Source: Curvularia clavata
Lineage: Eukaryota
Reading direction: 5' to 3'
Length of the DNA stretch: 64,000 bases
NCBI GenBank assembly: GCA_023920165.1
Contig: CP089275.1
Coordinates: 2,170,001 to 2,234,000 of the forward strand
Shown here: piece by piece, positions 24,135 to 36,776 of the stretch
How the letters are laid out: each line of letters begins with the position of its first letter
Position numbering within the stretch: position 1 is the stretch's first letter
Notes under the pieces: model-generated
What the model was told of the DNA's origin: nothing
Seen by the model: the letters and a program-made list of their open reading frames with translations, nothing else
Database searches by the model: none
Made by a program: the position numbers and the translations under genes

Positions 24135-25335
24135 CTACCCGTCAGTGCCCCTTCCAAGCTTCTCTAAGAGTCTTGCAAGACGCTCATCTACTATGATGGA
24201 TTCGTTGCGCAATCTGGCAGCTTCCCGGAAGACCTGGACGAGTTCCTCCTGAATCGATATGATCTGTGCGGCGCCGCCTTGCTGCCCTTGTCCTGGAGCC
24301 GGTCCTTCAAGCGTATCTATAGATACACCTGGTTCGGTAGCTGAATTTGATGCCATCTCATAGGAGGAAGTACTCTGGACTGTTGAGTGCTGCTCATCAC
24401 CCCTTGCGCTCTCATCATCCCTGTTTTGAAACCCTCTCTTGCGTATCGCCCAGAAAGACCGACTCGTAACTGTCTCCCCGACCAAATCTTCTTCACTGAC
24501 GTAGCTCTTGTCAGCCACAACAATACTAGACAGTGCAAAGACCAAGTAGCATACCATCAACCCAACTATGTAGGTGATGAAGACTGCTTCGCTACTTTTT
24601 GTCCCTGCGACCTCGTCAAGATTTCGTGTCCAAACGAAGCCAAAATATATACCCAACCCTACTAGGAAGGAGTTGATCGAACTATCGAGAAGGATGTTGG
24701 GGGCTGAGACCGTCAGAACGGAAGCAGATGAAAGAAAGTTTTCATGGCTCATTTGCGTAGCTGCGTTGGTACTAAGATCGAGATGTAAGGCCATTCGCGA
24801 GCGGTTTCTAGCATTCGCTATGTTCTTACCGCGGATCCAAGTGCGTACATCCTCAGCGTTGAGACATCTTCCTAAATGGCAGTATTGTTTCGTAGCATAG
24901 TACACAGCGATGAGTGATGACACAAGGCTGAAAGTGAAAGCTCCTCGGGCAACCCAAGGTGTTCGACTTAGGTCGTCTAGAGAGAGCGCTGTGATTGCAA
25001 TCTGGGCCACAATAGTACTCTATCGTGGAGTTAGCTGTTGTTTTTTCGATACTAGATGAAAATTCTGTTGTGCTTACTGCGACAGCTATGATGCTACACT
25101 CGTCCTGCGCTGCTCTTTTGAAGTTCATGGCATCCATGTCGTTGTTACTTCGTAAGATCTGTACCTGAACACGCCAGATACTACGATTTTCGAATAAACA
25201 CAATGACCATCCGACGACTCCGTAGTGTCGAGTGAAGAAAAGGACGCTTGTGAGGAGGCGATACGTTTGCCGTGCGACTGAAGTTGCACCATCGACAATA
25301 CCAATTATCGCTGACGCCACTGACAGGGCATCCAT
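24135..25335 (-). CDS. Hypothetical multi-pass membrane protein
   Basis: Two exons joined across an intron at ~25021-25076 (GTAAGC..GCTAAC..TAG), giving IIAVASTIVAQIAITALSL. About 4 hydrophobic segments. N-terminus MDALSVASAIIGIV. Confidence 0.7.
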
Positions 25336-25787
25336 GGTTGCAATAACAGGAGCAGGACGGCGTGCGAATTAAGGCGAACACCCGTTACCGGGAAGACTCA
25401 AGGAGGAAGAACGACTACAAAACTCTGTCCTGACTGAGGTCAAGCAAGGCTGAGGCTGACCATCTGCGTTTTGGTCTGTGCGTTCCTGGGATCTGGGATG
25501 CAAGGCAGTGCAGCCAGACCTGAGTTTTCGGCTAAGAGTGCATCGTTTCATGTAGAAAACGAATAGAGTCAACGCTAACGATAAAGATCAGAAAAGCATC
25601 ACAAAAACCGACACCCGTAATGTGAGCATACACCCCATGGTTCAGCTATATCAACTACACGCTATTACTCGGAATTTCATACTCACATCAATGTAGTATG
25701 CTTCCCTATATGTCATATTGCCAAACATATACAAAACATCCATACACACCCATATCATCGCAACCGCTGCCCTGCACATTCCCCTCC

Positions 25788-28003
25788 CTACGAACTCCCA
25801 ATTCCCTGTCCCACAGGACAATTCGGCACATTTTCCTGCCACGCGATCTTCGCATACGCCGGCAGATAGCTATTGGTAGTAAACTTCTCATCTATGTAGT
25901 ACGAGACCTGGCTCAATGAGAACTTCCCACCAACATCAGGCTGGTTTAGAGCATTGACAATGTAACTCGCGATAAAATCGAGGAACACAAGATCGACCTT
26001 CTCGGGCATGGATCCGTCAAGCGGGAAAGAGGCATTTGCTTGGAGGTCGTTGGGCTGTGAATAATTTGGAATGGGGGAATGCACGGTATCATCGCCGTCA
26101 GTACCAAAGTCGTCTTTCGTGGTGTAGCCTGGTGTAGGAGAGGTAGATTGGCGGCGGATGAGACGACCGCCTTGCTTGGAGCGCCGAACTTGTCCCTCAT
26201 AGTGGTGAGTGAGAGGCGGGTCGATGCAGGTATCGCGATCAGCAAGAATCGGGCTGAAACCAAAGTCGGCTACTTCAAGGTCCCGCTTCTTCTTTTGAAA
26301 AGGACCCGCGTTCAGAATGTCAATGACTTTCGACGCCTGCCTGTAGGGGACATCTGGGATATACTGAAAAGCGTCTTTGAACGGAGAAACTATGAAGGAG
26401 TCGTCGTACGTGAAGGGACCTTTGGCGAGATCAAAACGAACACTGCCAGTGTTGATTATGATGAGTCGAGGGATGTCTTTACGTGTTTCATTCACCACAA
26501 CCGTAGCTAGAGCGGTTTGGAGAAGCTTGAATATGTTGCCCTCGGCCAAGAATGGCTTGCAGTACTGGCAGTATGTCTCTGGTGCACAGCCGTAGAGGTC
26601 AGTCAGGTTGAGCTTGGCCCGGTCGGAAGTGATCTCGGATGTAACCTTGAGACCTCCGGAGGTGTTAAATGAAGTGTAGGGCTGGCTTCCTTCGGCATGG
26701 TACGCGAATGTGTTCCGGTTCCAATCAAGATATCTCCGTGCATAGCGCATCGAAGACTTCAAGGTACTCGCAGGGGTAGTCTGTTTACTTGATTGCACAA
26801 CTGCGGCGCGGGAAGGGTTGGGTACACCTTTGGGATTCTGCTTGGCTTTGCAACTAGACGACTTAATACCAGACATTGCAAGCCAGCCGAGAGTCTCGCA
26901 GTAGCGGCCTAAGCTTTCGTCAGAAGTATGCAATCAGGAATGTTTGAAACACGTACCAGACTCGAGGCCAGTGGCCTTGTCATCGTAGACGGTGAAGTCT
27001 CGAATGTGGGTATGGCCTCCAAAGAACTGAATCGGTACATCAGGCTTGATGCTACGAATGGCCTTGAATACAGTTCCCATGGTGCTACTGGACACGTTGG
27101 TTCGTACAGGATTGTGACCGGCTACCACAAACAGATCGATTGGCTTGGTGAAGTTGACGGCCTGCTGGAACCATGGTTCTTTGACCATGTCAGCAGCTTT
27201 GATGACCTTGGAAACGTTGCTGTTTCCTGTAAAGTCAAAGAGCACGCCAAATGCCATGATACGAAGACCTTGATATGTTAGTTCGTCACCCATGATTGAA
27301 TTCTGAGACATACCTTGCTCTGTAGTGAAATAGCGGTATTGGGCCCCAATGTACTCGTACTTGCCCGTGGCCGGGTTGAGAATTTGAACATTGCTGGTCA
27401 TATACTTGTCTCCATAAACTTTGGAGAAATTGCTGAACGTCTCATACGCGATCTCGGTCACATAAAGCTCGTGGTTTCCAATGGTCAACAAATCGTAATC
27501 CACATTCTCAAAAATTGCATTCGAAATGTTGCCGTTGGGTGTGGTCGCATCGCTGAGCCCAGCGCCATCATGGAGGTCCTATACCGGGTCAGTAAGGTCA
27601 TTGCTCTCTCCTCGTACGTACGACCCTACTCGTCCCCAGGGTCCCGATGGCAGACACTAACCCCTGTATCGACTAGAAGCAAATCGACACCAAGTTTGCG
27701 AGCTTTCTGTCTCATGTGCTTTGTGAAGCTAACGAAATCACCCCAGTCAGCACCATAATTCTGTTCCTTGATGTGTCCTTCAAGCCATCCATGGGTGTCA
27801 GTGGTGTGTAAAAAGTTAATCTGCCCCCATTCCAGTGGCCCTTTCGGAGTCGTGGTCGGCTGTTGTGCGTCGGGTTGCATTCGCCGAACATTTCTGGTCA
27901 GAACAACATCATCTTTTAGCGGCCCATAGCAGCTGTGGTCCCCCTCACAAGCCGAAGCGGAGGCGACCAGTGCCGCAATCACACCATATGTTAGAGATCG
28001 CAT
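25788..28003 (-). CDS. Secreted calcineurin-like metallophosphoesterase / 5'-nucleotidase-like protein (YHR202W-type)
   Basis: Signal peptide [18 protein letters not shown]; motifs [39 protein letters not shown] and INTGSVRFD. 3 GT-AG introns. Confidence 0.88.
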
Positions 28004-28709
28004 TGTTGGGAGTGCCTGAAATGCAGGTACCGTACGTATGCCAGGCAACGTAAATGACATATTATATGTCTCCGAAGGTAAGGCATACGCGTGCATACTA
28101 GTCCAGACGTGTACATGCTAGCCCAGCCGGGTGCCTCCGCGTCAGATGGAGGCGCATGTTGGGGCTGCAGGATCAGACTGCACGTGTGGCTCTTATTGGT
28201 AAAGAAGATAAGCTTTTGACAAGGTCTTGGACAAATCTCCAAGCCGAGGACCAGGAAAGCTTGATCGGGTGATTCTCCTTCCTTTTGGGTAACAAGCGTG
28301 TCGACTAGCGTTCCGTGGACCGGCCTTTCTCTCGCCTCTCCGATGGCTGCCCTGGATCTCCTTCTGCATCGCGGCAAGAATCGTTGCCACCGGCTCGAAT
28401 CCTAGTCTGCATATTATGATAGCGTGTATTTGATACAGCTAAGGAGATTAGTCGCTTCTCGCACGGGGATTTTTACTCCAAAGGTGATGCATACATACAT
28501 GTTGCTAAAAGCCCTCTAAATTTTGGCGTCTTTCCAATTCTCGACTTTTGCTGGCGATATTCCAATTTGATCATGTCATAATCCATGGTTATTCCTCAAC
28601 GGTCACAGCCAGAGTGCAATTTAACCCCGAGAATCCAGCTCCTTTCTAGATGCCATCTAGGTACACCCCCTTGAAGAAACACTCAGCAACTAGATTCAGC
28701 ATGTAAAGT

Positions 28710-30448
28710 CTACAATCTAGCCCTCGCTTCATCCCTGACAACAAGGCCAAACTTGCCACTCTTCTCCTTATCCCTCAACACTCGCCTCAAAATCTTTCCA
28801 GACGGACTCTTTGGGATCTCATTGATAAACTCAACTTCCTTAACCCACTTATACCTTACCTTCTTCTCCTTCACATACGCAATTATCTCTTTACCTACTG
28901 CCGTACTCTCCTCCGTACCAGGCTTGAGCACCACATACGCCTTGGGAAGCTCCCCTGAGTAATCGTCTTTGATGCTCATGACAGCGACATCCTCCACTTT
29001 GGGGTGCCCGAGAAGCAAGTCTTCGAGCTCAGCTGGCGCGACACCAATGCCCTTAACTTTGATGAGCTCTTTGATACGGTCGGAGATGTAGATCATGCCT
29101 TCTTTGTCGATGGACCCCCGGTCGCCCGTATGCAAAAAACCGTCTGCGTCGAATGTCTCACGGGTGGCCTTTTCGTTGTTGAGGTACCCCATTACGACCT
29201 GGGGTCCCCGAGCAAGCACTTCACCATCTTCGCCAATGCCGCCTTCCGTGCCATCGTCCTTGATGATCTTCACTTCGGTAGAAGCTACAATCGCACCACC
29301 GGAGTGGGCGTACTTGTACGAGTACTTTTCAGGCGGATGAGCGGTGATGCAGGAGCATGATTCGGTCATTCCGTAGCCTTGCTTGAACCCCGTATTGGGA
29401 AATTTCTTCTGCAACTGGTGGATAATCTCTTCTGACAGCGGAGCTGCGCCAGAAGAAAAGCGAGTGACATGGCTAAGGTCATATTTGTCTACCAGCGGGT
29501 CGCGAACTAGTCTGATGATGATTGGCGGCACCAGTAGAAGCTCCGTCAGCTTGTACTCGACGATGATGTCTAGCATCTTCTCCATGGTGAACTGCGGAAG
29601 CATGACAACTTCGGCGTTCAGGAGAATGGGCAGATGCATCTGATGAACCAATCCCGTGATGTGGAAAAGCGGAAGGACGGCCATTATCTTTTTGTGTGTC
29701 TCTGGTGTTATCTGCTGGATCTGGAGACATTGCGCTATAACGTTCTGGTGGCTGATCATAACGGCTTTTGGCAGTCCAGTCGTTCCAGATGAGAAGGAAA
29801 GAAAGCCACAGATATCTTTGTTCTTCTTTCCAGGAGCAAGCTTGAACGCGGGCGTTTGTCCGGAGTAGCCATATGATTCTCCTATGCGAATCAAATCCTG
29901 GACTGTAGTATAGCCTGGTAGTTCGCCCTCCAGTAAAAAGACATTTGATTGTGGTATCCCCGCGGCTTTTGCGCTCGCCGATGCGATTTCCATGCTTCCT
30001 GGTGTAGTCATCAGGAACTTTGCATCCGCCGTCTTGAGCGCAAACGTCATCTCCTCAACGTTATAGGCTGGACTTGCGCCGCTGATTTTCGCACCTACAC
30101 GGAGCCCCGCAAACATTGCTACGGGGTACCATACTGTATTCTGGCTGAAAAGCGCTACTGTCTCGCCTTCTTTGAGACCGTATTTCTTGACCAAAGCCGT
30201 GGAGATGTATGTAGAAAACTTCTTTACATCGGCCCAGTTCACACGCTCTTTGGTGATGGCATTCTGGAAGCCGGCAAGTTCGCTTGCAGGGTACTTATTA
30301 ATCGGTGAATAAGGTGAATCAAAAAGCCAATCCCAGTCAGTCAAGTCGGTTGGTACTACATTCGTTAGCAAATAATGTACTACCAAGCACATGCTCAGTC
30401 GGGGTACACACAGTCAATGGGCGGTTGCTTTGACTTGAAGATTACCAT
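28710..30448 (-). CDS. Peroxisomal 4-coumarate/phenylacetyl-CoA ligase-like adenylate-forming enzyme
   Basis: FSSGTTGLPK AMP-binding motif, QGYGMTE, FLHTGD, DRIKELIKVKG and PKSPSGKILRR. C-terminal ARL is a PTS1 variant. First exon MVIFKSKQPPID at 30448, intron ~30356-30411. Confidence 0.92.
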
Positions 30449-30633
30449 CTTGATACGAGGTTTACTCCAGGTATTCACAATGATATCCCCAGGTCAAGGT
30501 AACAGGTCAAGAAACAAGAGCAGAAACTATACAGCTTGAACACGAACGATGCAAAGGAATGATTGGGTTTCGAGACCAAGTATTAATAGACGAGCAGCCC
30601 CTCTAAGCCTAATAGGCAAACAGAAGCAATCAT

Positions 30634-30639
30634 CCTCGG
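30634..30639. promoter_or_regulatory. Candidate FarA/FarB site (CCTCGG) in the ligase/dehydrogenase divergent promoter
   Basis: Matches the CCTCGG core. A 6-mer match could be chance. Confidence 0.35.
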
Positions 30640-30960
30640 CGCAACCTATCTCCATCGGATATGCAGTCCTCGATTCGATGCAAGAGCGGGGATAAGGTAT
30701 ACCGCAAGGCGGGGTTGGATGAGCTACCCGAGTCACCCGAAAGCAGTCAAGATCGCCATCCCCACTAAACCTTCCCAGATAACACATACACAGATGCATG
30801 CATGTATGTAAGAGCTGCCTCATTGCCACACGGTAGATCCCTTCTCAATAAAACCTCGTTTTTCATCCTGAAATCACCTGATCGAGCTCCTCACTAATAA
30901 AGAGTACTTTGCCTTTCTCTCAGCATATTAAAACCATACCAAAACTCATCTACCCTTAAA

Positions 30961-31947
30961 ATGTCTGAACCAGGAGTATCTGAACAAGACCCCATCATAA
31001 GAGTTCAGTCCAACAAAGACATTCGCATAACTCTCATCGGCACCGGAACCATCGGCCTCTCCTTCGCCGCCTACCATCTGACGCACCTACTCAGCCCCTC
31101 GCAACTGACCATCTACGACACCCGCCCGGACCTAGATCAGTATATATCCCAACACCTCTCTAGCTTCTTTTCCGATGAACCCGCCCAAGCAGCGCTAGAC
31201 AACATCCGCATCGCGACTTCTCTTTCCGAAGCCGTTGCAGAAGCCCACATTATCCAGGAATCTGGCCCGGAAAATCTAGCCTTCAAGCGACAGCTTTGGG
31301 CGGAAGTTGAGCAGCATGCGCCAGAGCATTCTTTATTCTGGAGTAGTACGTCTGGCATCCCCGCGTCCCAGCAAGCGCAGGATATGAAGGATAAGTCGAG
31401 GTTACTGGTTGTGCACCCATACAATCCACCTCATATACTACGACTACTAGAGCTTGTGCCATCACCGCATACAGCGGAGGAAGTTATCAAGAGGACGCAG
31501 GCGTTCTGGGTGGAGCGAGGAAGAGTACCGGTGCACATTAAGAAAGAGACGACAGGGTTTGTGGCGAATAGATTAGCATTTGCTCTGCTACGGGAAGCTG
31601 TGCATCTTGTCAATGAAGATGTGGTTTCGGTTGAAGAACTGGATAGCATCGTGGAGAGCAGTATGGGGCCGCGGTGGGCGGTTGCGGGGCCGTTCAAGAG
31701 TTATCATGCTGGAGGCGGGGAGGCGGGACTAGAGGGGTTCTTCAAGAACATTGGAGGAACGGTGCAAGATTGTTGGAGGGATTCGGGGACGCCAAAGGTT
31801 GGGGAGGAATGGGAAAGAAAGATTTTCGCGCAAGCGCAGGATGCGTATGGACATGTTGATACTAGTGAGCGAGACAGAATAACAAGAAGGGTTTTGGAAG
31901 TCATCAGAGAGGAGAAAGAAGGGGGCGCTCGAGATTCCAGAAAATGA
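30961..31947 (+). CDS. 3-hydroxyacyl-CoA dehydrogenase family protein (lambda-crystallin/carnitine dehydrogenase-like)
   Basis: Rossmann motif IGTGTIG, QESGPE, SSTSG, HPYNPP, GFVANRL and MGPRWAVAGP. Confidence 0.9.
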   Translation: MSEPGVSEQDPIIRVQSNKDIRITLIGTGTIGLSFAAYHLTHLLSPSQLTIYDTRPDLDQYISQHLSSFFSDEPAQAALDNIRIATSLSEAVAEAHIIQESGPENLAFKRQLWAEVEQHAPEHSLFWSSTSGIPASQQAQDMKDKSRLLVVHPYNPPHILRLLELVPSPHTAEEVIKRTQAFWVERGRVPVHIKKETTGFVANRLAFALLREAVHLVNEDVVSVEELDSIVESSMGPRWAVAGPFKSYHAGGGEAGLEGFFKNIGGTVQDCWRDSGTPKVGEEWERKIFAQAQDAYGHVDTSERDRITRRVLEVIREEKEGGARDSRK

Positions 31948-32026
31948 TTCAACAAACACAACCGTCTATGCATACTATGATATAGTCAACAATCTTAGAG
32001 CTCTAGCGCTATGCCCTTTGTATTCT

Positions 32027-34110
32027 TTACACGACCAGGTACAAACTCGTGATCAAACTAGGCCCAATAAACAAACCAAACCAAAATATGACGTTACCTA
32101 GTGTATCTCTTCCCTTCATGAACTTCGTCTTGCTGAATGCCGCGAGGGGAATTTGCGTGAGCTGGAATGCAAAGAGGTATCCTCTAACTTTCTTGAAAAG
32201 ACAGAACATAAGGATCTCGTGCACGATAGCGCTCAGTAGGAAAGTAAAGAAAGTCGCCTGCATCTTGGACAGATGGAAGAAGGAAATAGATGAGTGGTAG
32301 ACATGTCGAAGCAAGAAGTTATGAACAGGTCGATTCCAGTCGCGGGCATACTGGTCAAACGAGACCGAGTTCCACCATGGGCCGTAGAAACCTCGGTCGG
32401 CAAACCGTGTGACTTCAGCCAGCACATTGAGAAGGCATTCCCAGATGACATACCAACTCAGAAGTTGCTCGAGAAGCATGGGAAATAGCATGTCGGACAC
32501 TGATAAGATGAGTCAGAAAGAATACATTCGGTATGTTGCAAAAATACTTACCAACCCACGGAAATTCCTTCCATCGTTGGTCAAATGACATTCCAGCTTC
32601 CTTCTGTCGCACAGTCTCTACGACCACCGGATAGATGTAAGCTTGCGAGATGATGATCATGATCCAGATAACGCCCAGTGTAGCCGCTGACTTCTCAGCA
32701 ACGTACCACCAGTTGATGCGTTCGTGGCGGGGATACTCTAGATCATAGACGAGCGTAGGGAAACACGCCCACTCCATGAAATTGTAGAAATTCAGGTTGT
32801 TGGGATAGACATTGTCCGATGTTGTGCATTTTCCACGCAAGTCTTCGCTTAGTATTGTAATCTCAGTGTTCAAGACACGTCGGAACGACTCAATCTGCTC
32901 CGGGTCGAGTTGTTTTCCGGTAGCGATGGCCTGACCAATAGATGTAATTTCGGATTCTTCTTCGAAGACGTTTGTGGAATGCTTGGGTCCTATGCCCCCT
33001 CGATAGGTGAGATTACCTTCATTGAGTTTTTCAGTATCGGTTGCAACTGATGTCTCTTGATACAGTGACTCAGTAGGGCCCTCATGAGCTTTCATATTAT
33101 CAAGATTGTGTAACATGGCTTGCAGAAGATTCCGCCGCCTGTAAACCCGCGACACTGCATTCAGTTAGTTCGAGTTACACATTGCAGGGGTACAACATAC
33201 GATAGCCGTTGTAGAACGCATAAGCATGCTGCTTCATCAGCAACACAAAGACATGTAGAACGATGAATACCGTATGCGTCCAAGGCCAATCGCGCCAAAA
33301 GGTGACCCAAATGATGGTGCAAGTGAAGAAAGCCTGCCACAGCGACTGTATGATCCACCCCGAACCATTCCAGGTCAAGTAGTCCTTTGCAATAGCCTTT
33401 TGAAGGAAGAAACCAAAGCTGGTCGCTCCACACATGGCCACGTCTGTTGTCAACATGACGAAGAGATCCTTGTCCACCATCAAATGCAAGATCTCCGCAT
33501 CTCCAAATACAGAGCCTTTGGTCCGGTAGTTCCCTGCTGCTATGCGTACAAGCAACAAGGCCATGGCAATCCAGAACAGACTGAAGAATCCATGGAAAGG
33601 AGACTGGGAAGCGGTTGCATTTTGGCGATCGAACGTTGTGTATTGTTGTGTGAAAACAAGATCTCTTGGCTTGCCCTTGGATCTCTTGTTGAGCTTCTCG
33701 GCTTCCCGCCGTAGCCCAGATTGCAATGCTTCCTGGAACACGGGATCTTTGGCAGTGAATTTGTACTCGCCCTTGCGTACATCCTGCTCGAGTACAACTT
33801 CAATGCTCTTCCGGCGATTTCCGCGCTTTTCGTTCAAGAGCGACTCTGAGCCGCTATCATCCGAAGGTATAGCCGTCGTGCTGCGGCTTCGCGATTCCGC
33901 CACAGGCTCCTCGTTACGCTTCCTTGACCTAAGGACGCCATCAACGTCTAAGGCGCTTGATGAAGTGTTTGGGTTCCATGAGTCCTCGCGGTTGATGGGT
34001 GGCCGCGTCGAGAGGCCTCGGAGCGCGTGTGACATTGCTGATCTCCCGTTGGTTGAAGATAGCAGATCAGCGGTATCGTGTTTCCAGTCAGGCGTATGAC
34101 CGTTCCCCAT
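32027..34110 (-). CDS. Sterol O-acyltransferase (ARE1/ARE2, MBOAT family)
   Basis: FHGFFSLFW, LLMKQHAYAFYNGY, FPTLVYDLEYP, AEVTRFADRGFYGPWWNS, WNRPVHNFLLRHVY and SAIVHE (catalytic His). 2 introns. Confidence 0.93.
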
Positions 34111-35195
34111 TGCGCGTTATGCCGTTAAGAAGAGTTGTGATGAATGCCGCAATGTTCACTTGCTGATGAGAGATGTCGGGGTGCTTGTTGTTGGCCGCTG
34201 AAATAGAGCAGTAATGTAGGTGCATGTTTCCCTGGAACGGGACCATCGGAACGGAGGCGTCGCAAGTCCGGCTCGATCGAAACAAACCAGTAAGACGGAG
34301 TGTGCGGAAGCGTCAGCTCAGCAAAGTATATATCTTGACTGCTGACAGTTCAGTGTCCGGACGAACCGATACATCTTCAAAGAGCGCCACGAGTTTGTTC
34401 TCCACCCAAAATGGACATGATGTCATGTTGCGTCCTGCGCAACAGCCGGCAGCCATCGTGCATGCGCATCGGTTCCTGCAGTAAGTCACGTCACGTGCGC
34501 TCACGTGCATTCCGAGCTACTCCCATCGCAGGGGCTGTACCCTGATCTTCGTATTTCACTGCACTCTGATCCTTTTCAGTATGTGAATCTTACTGCTACT
34601 CGTGTAATCTACACACGGCTTCTACCCGTGACACCGCCCCCACCCACCACTCTGTCCGCGGCTGGGTCCTGAAGGGCGGGCGTCTAGACCATCACCTCAA
34701 GCGCCACATTCAACACGTCAACTCCGCTGCTTGTTCGCAAAGCCAATCGAGGATACAGTTTATGAAGGCATAATGCATCCACGGCACCTATGCTTGCACT
34801 GCCGATGACTGTAATTGTACAGTGGCCAAGGCGTACCTCAGGCTTCCTGCTCCTACTGCTGCTGCGGCATCTCGCTTCTGCCTTAACCTAGCAGATTCAA
34901 TCAGGCGCCCAGCGACAGCCTATTTTGATCTCTTGGCTCCGCCTTTGATGCTTTGTGATTCGCTGTGCAGATGAAGAAACGAAAAGGCTGCTGCAAGCCC
35001 ACCGGCCGCAGCATGAATCAGATGCTCAGCTGCGCAAACTAAGGAATGTTCAAAAGGCTGCTGTTGGCGTCGCTTTTTAGTATTCAAGCCTTGCGACCAA
35101 ACTTGCTCTCTTGTCCTCTCTCTGTGAAGTAATTTCACCCTTGGTGACTCTGTCGTTTTCCCTTGACCAAGTTACTATATCGTTCGTCATTCATT

Positions 35196-36282
35196 ATGGC
35201 ACCAAGACGCAGCAGCGGTGGTGGCTACCATGGTGGTAGCAGCTCAAATACTTGCCCAGGCGCATTCTCCTACTGGACCAGCCAAGCCAATCTTGCCTAC
35301 TACATCCTCTTCCTCATCATGTACATTGGAATCTCCTTTGGCCTGTGTATCGTTCGCAAGCGAAGCGGCCCAGGCAAGAGGTTGATTGGAGTAGTCTACA
35401 TATTCGCGTTGCTATTCGCAATCATGTAAGTCTATCCTCTATTCCCTACATTTACTCCAGCCCACTAATATTTTGAAATCAGTTCCCTCGCTCTTGACCT
35501 AGTAAACCTAGTCCTGAGCGAATGTGAAGTATCCCTTCCCACGGACTACGACAACGTCTCCATCGCCTCAACAGTTCTCTACCACCTCAGCTGCCTGGGC
35601 CTCCTCTTCGTCGTCCTCTACAAACTCAACTCCATGCTTCGCAGTAGACTCGGTTCTGTCGTGACAACCGTCCGAGTCATTCTCCTCGCCATCTTCGGTA
35701 TTATGGCTGCGGTGTACATCGCCTATATCGCACTAAGCGGCTACCTCTGGTCCAACGACTTGTACTACTACCGCAACGAAGCCGATGGCCTCGTAGACTC
35801 GACGCAGAAACTCTCAATGGCCGTGCGCTCGCTCTATTTGATCTGCGTATTGGTATCCACTGTCCTCGCCATCACCACAGTTTCCTCTCTTCGACGAGCC
35901 CATATCTCCGGCGGTGTAAGTCTCCCTTCGCCTTCCCCTTTCCTACCTCCTCAAACCCCGTGACTAACCCCTACCCTAGGATCTACTTGGCTGGATCATC
36001 ACCCTTCACTTGTTCATGATCATCTGGGCCGTTCTCGCCGTCGTCATCCCGGCGCTAACCACCTACTCCAAGCTTGATGTCTCCCCTGTTACCAGTTTTG
36101 CTCTCGCTTACATCCTGACTTTTTTCCAAGCCCTTAGCTTCATTGCCCTCCTGGCAATCGCAAAGCACGCTTCCTGGGGACAGGATGCGGCTGCTATGCA
36201 CCACCAACCGCAGGTGTATGCGCCGGTCCAAACGGCGTATGACCCCCACTATCAGTCCGAGTTTGTGGGACATGCTAAGTAG
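35196..36282 (+). CDS. Hypothetical 7-TM-like integral membrane protein
   Basis: Three exons (~35196-35425, 35482-35914, 35980-36282) with GTAAGT donors and CTAAY branch points. Repeated hydrophobic helices. Confidence 0.75.
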
Positions 36283-36776
36283 GTGGGATCTTGGGAGAGG
36301 AAGATGTGCAGTGTTGTATGAGTGTTGGAAAATTCTCTTTTTTTTTGGTCATGTCATGTCATGTTGTGTATGTTTGGAGCTTTAAAGTTATACCCCTTAT
36401 ACCCCCTTAACGAAGACGACGAGGCGTATACTAGACAGCAGTAATATCGATGGAGCTATTCATGATATATATTTCAAAATAAATTCCGTATTTCTTGAAC
36501 CACACCGTTTTGTTATTGTGATGTGTTCTCGTTTCTCACTATGAAGATTCCATCCTGATAGGAACGTGAAGGTCAAAATTGGTATCTTTGCAGGAGCAGG
36601 ACACAAACAATATCGAAAGGCGCAATGTATCAATAGAAGCAGACAACATGGTGATGACGATTGATGATGGTGATGTAAAATCTATCTATAATTTTATACA
36701 ACCTAGTAACATGTACCGTTGCATCGTCCGAGAAACTCCATACAAAAGACTCCCCGTCTCCAATCTAAAGGAGAGT

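Noticed and set aside
28380..28412. GGCTCGAATCC resembling a tRNA T-loop
   Set aside because: No cloverleaf stems or A-box could be formed.
31945..31980. Possible readthrough-derived PTS1 on the dehydrogenase
   Set aside because: The stop context is TGA TTC rather than TGA CTA, and the extension ends in CIL, which is not a PTS1.
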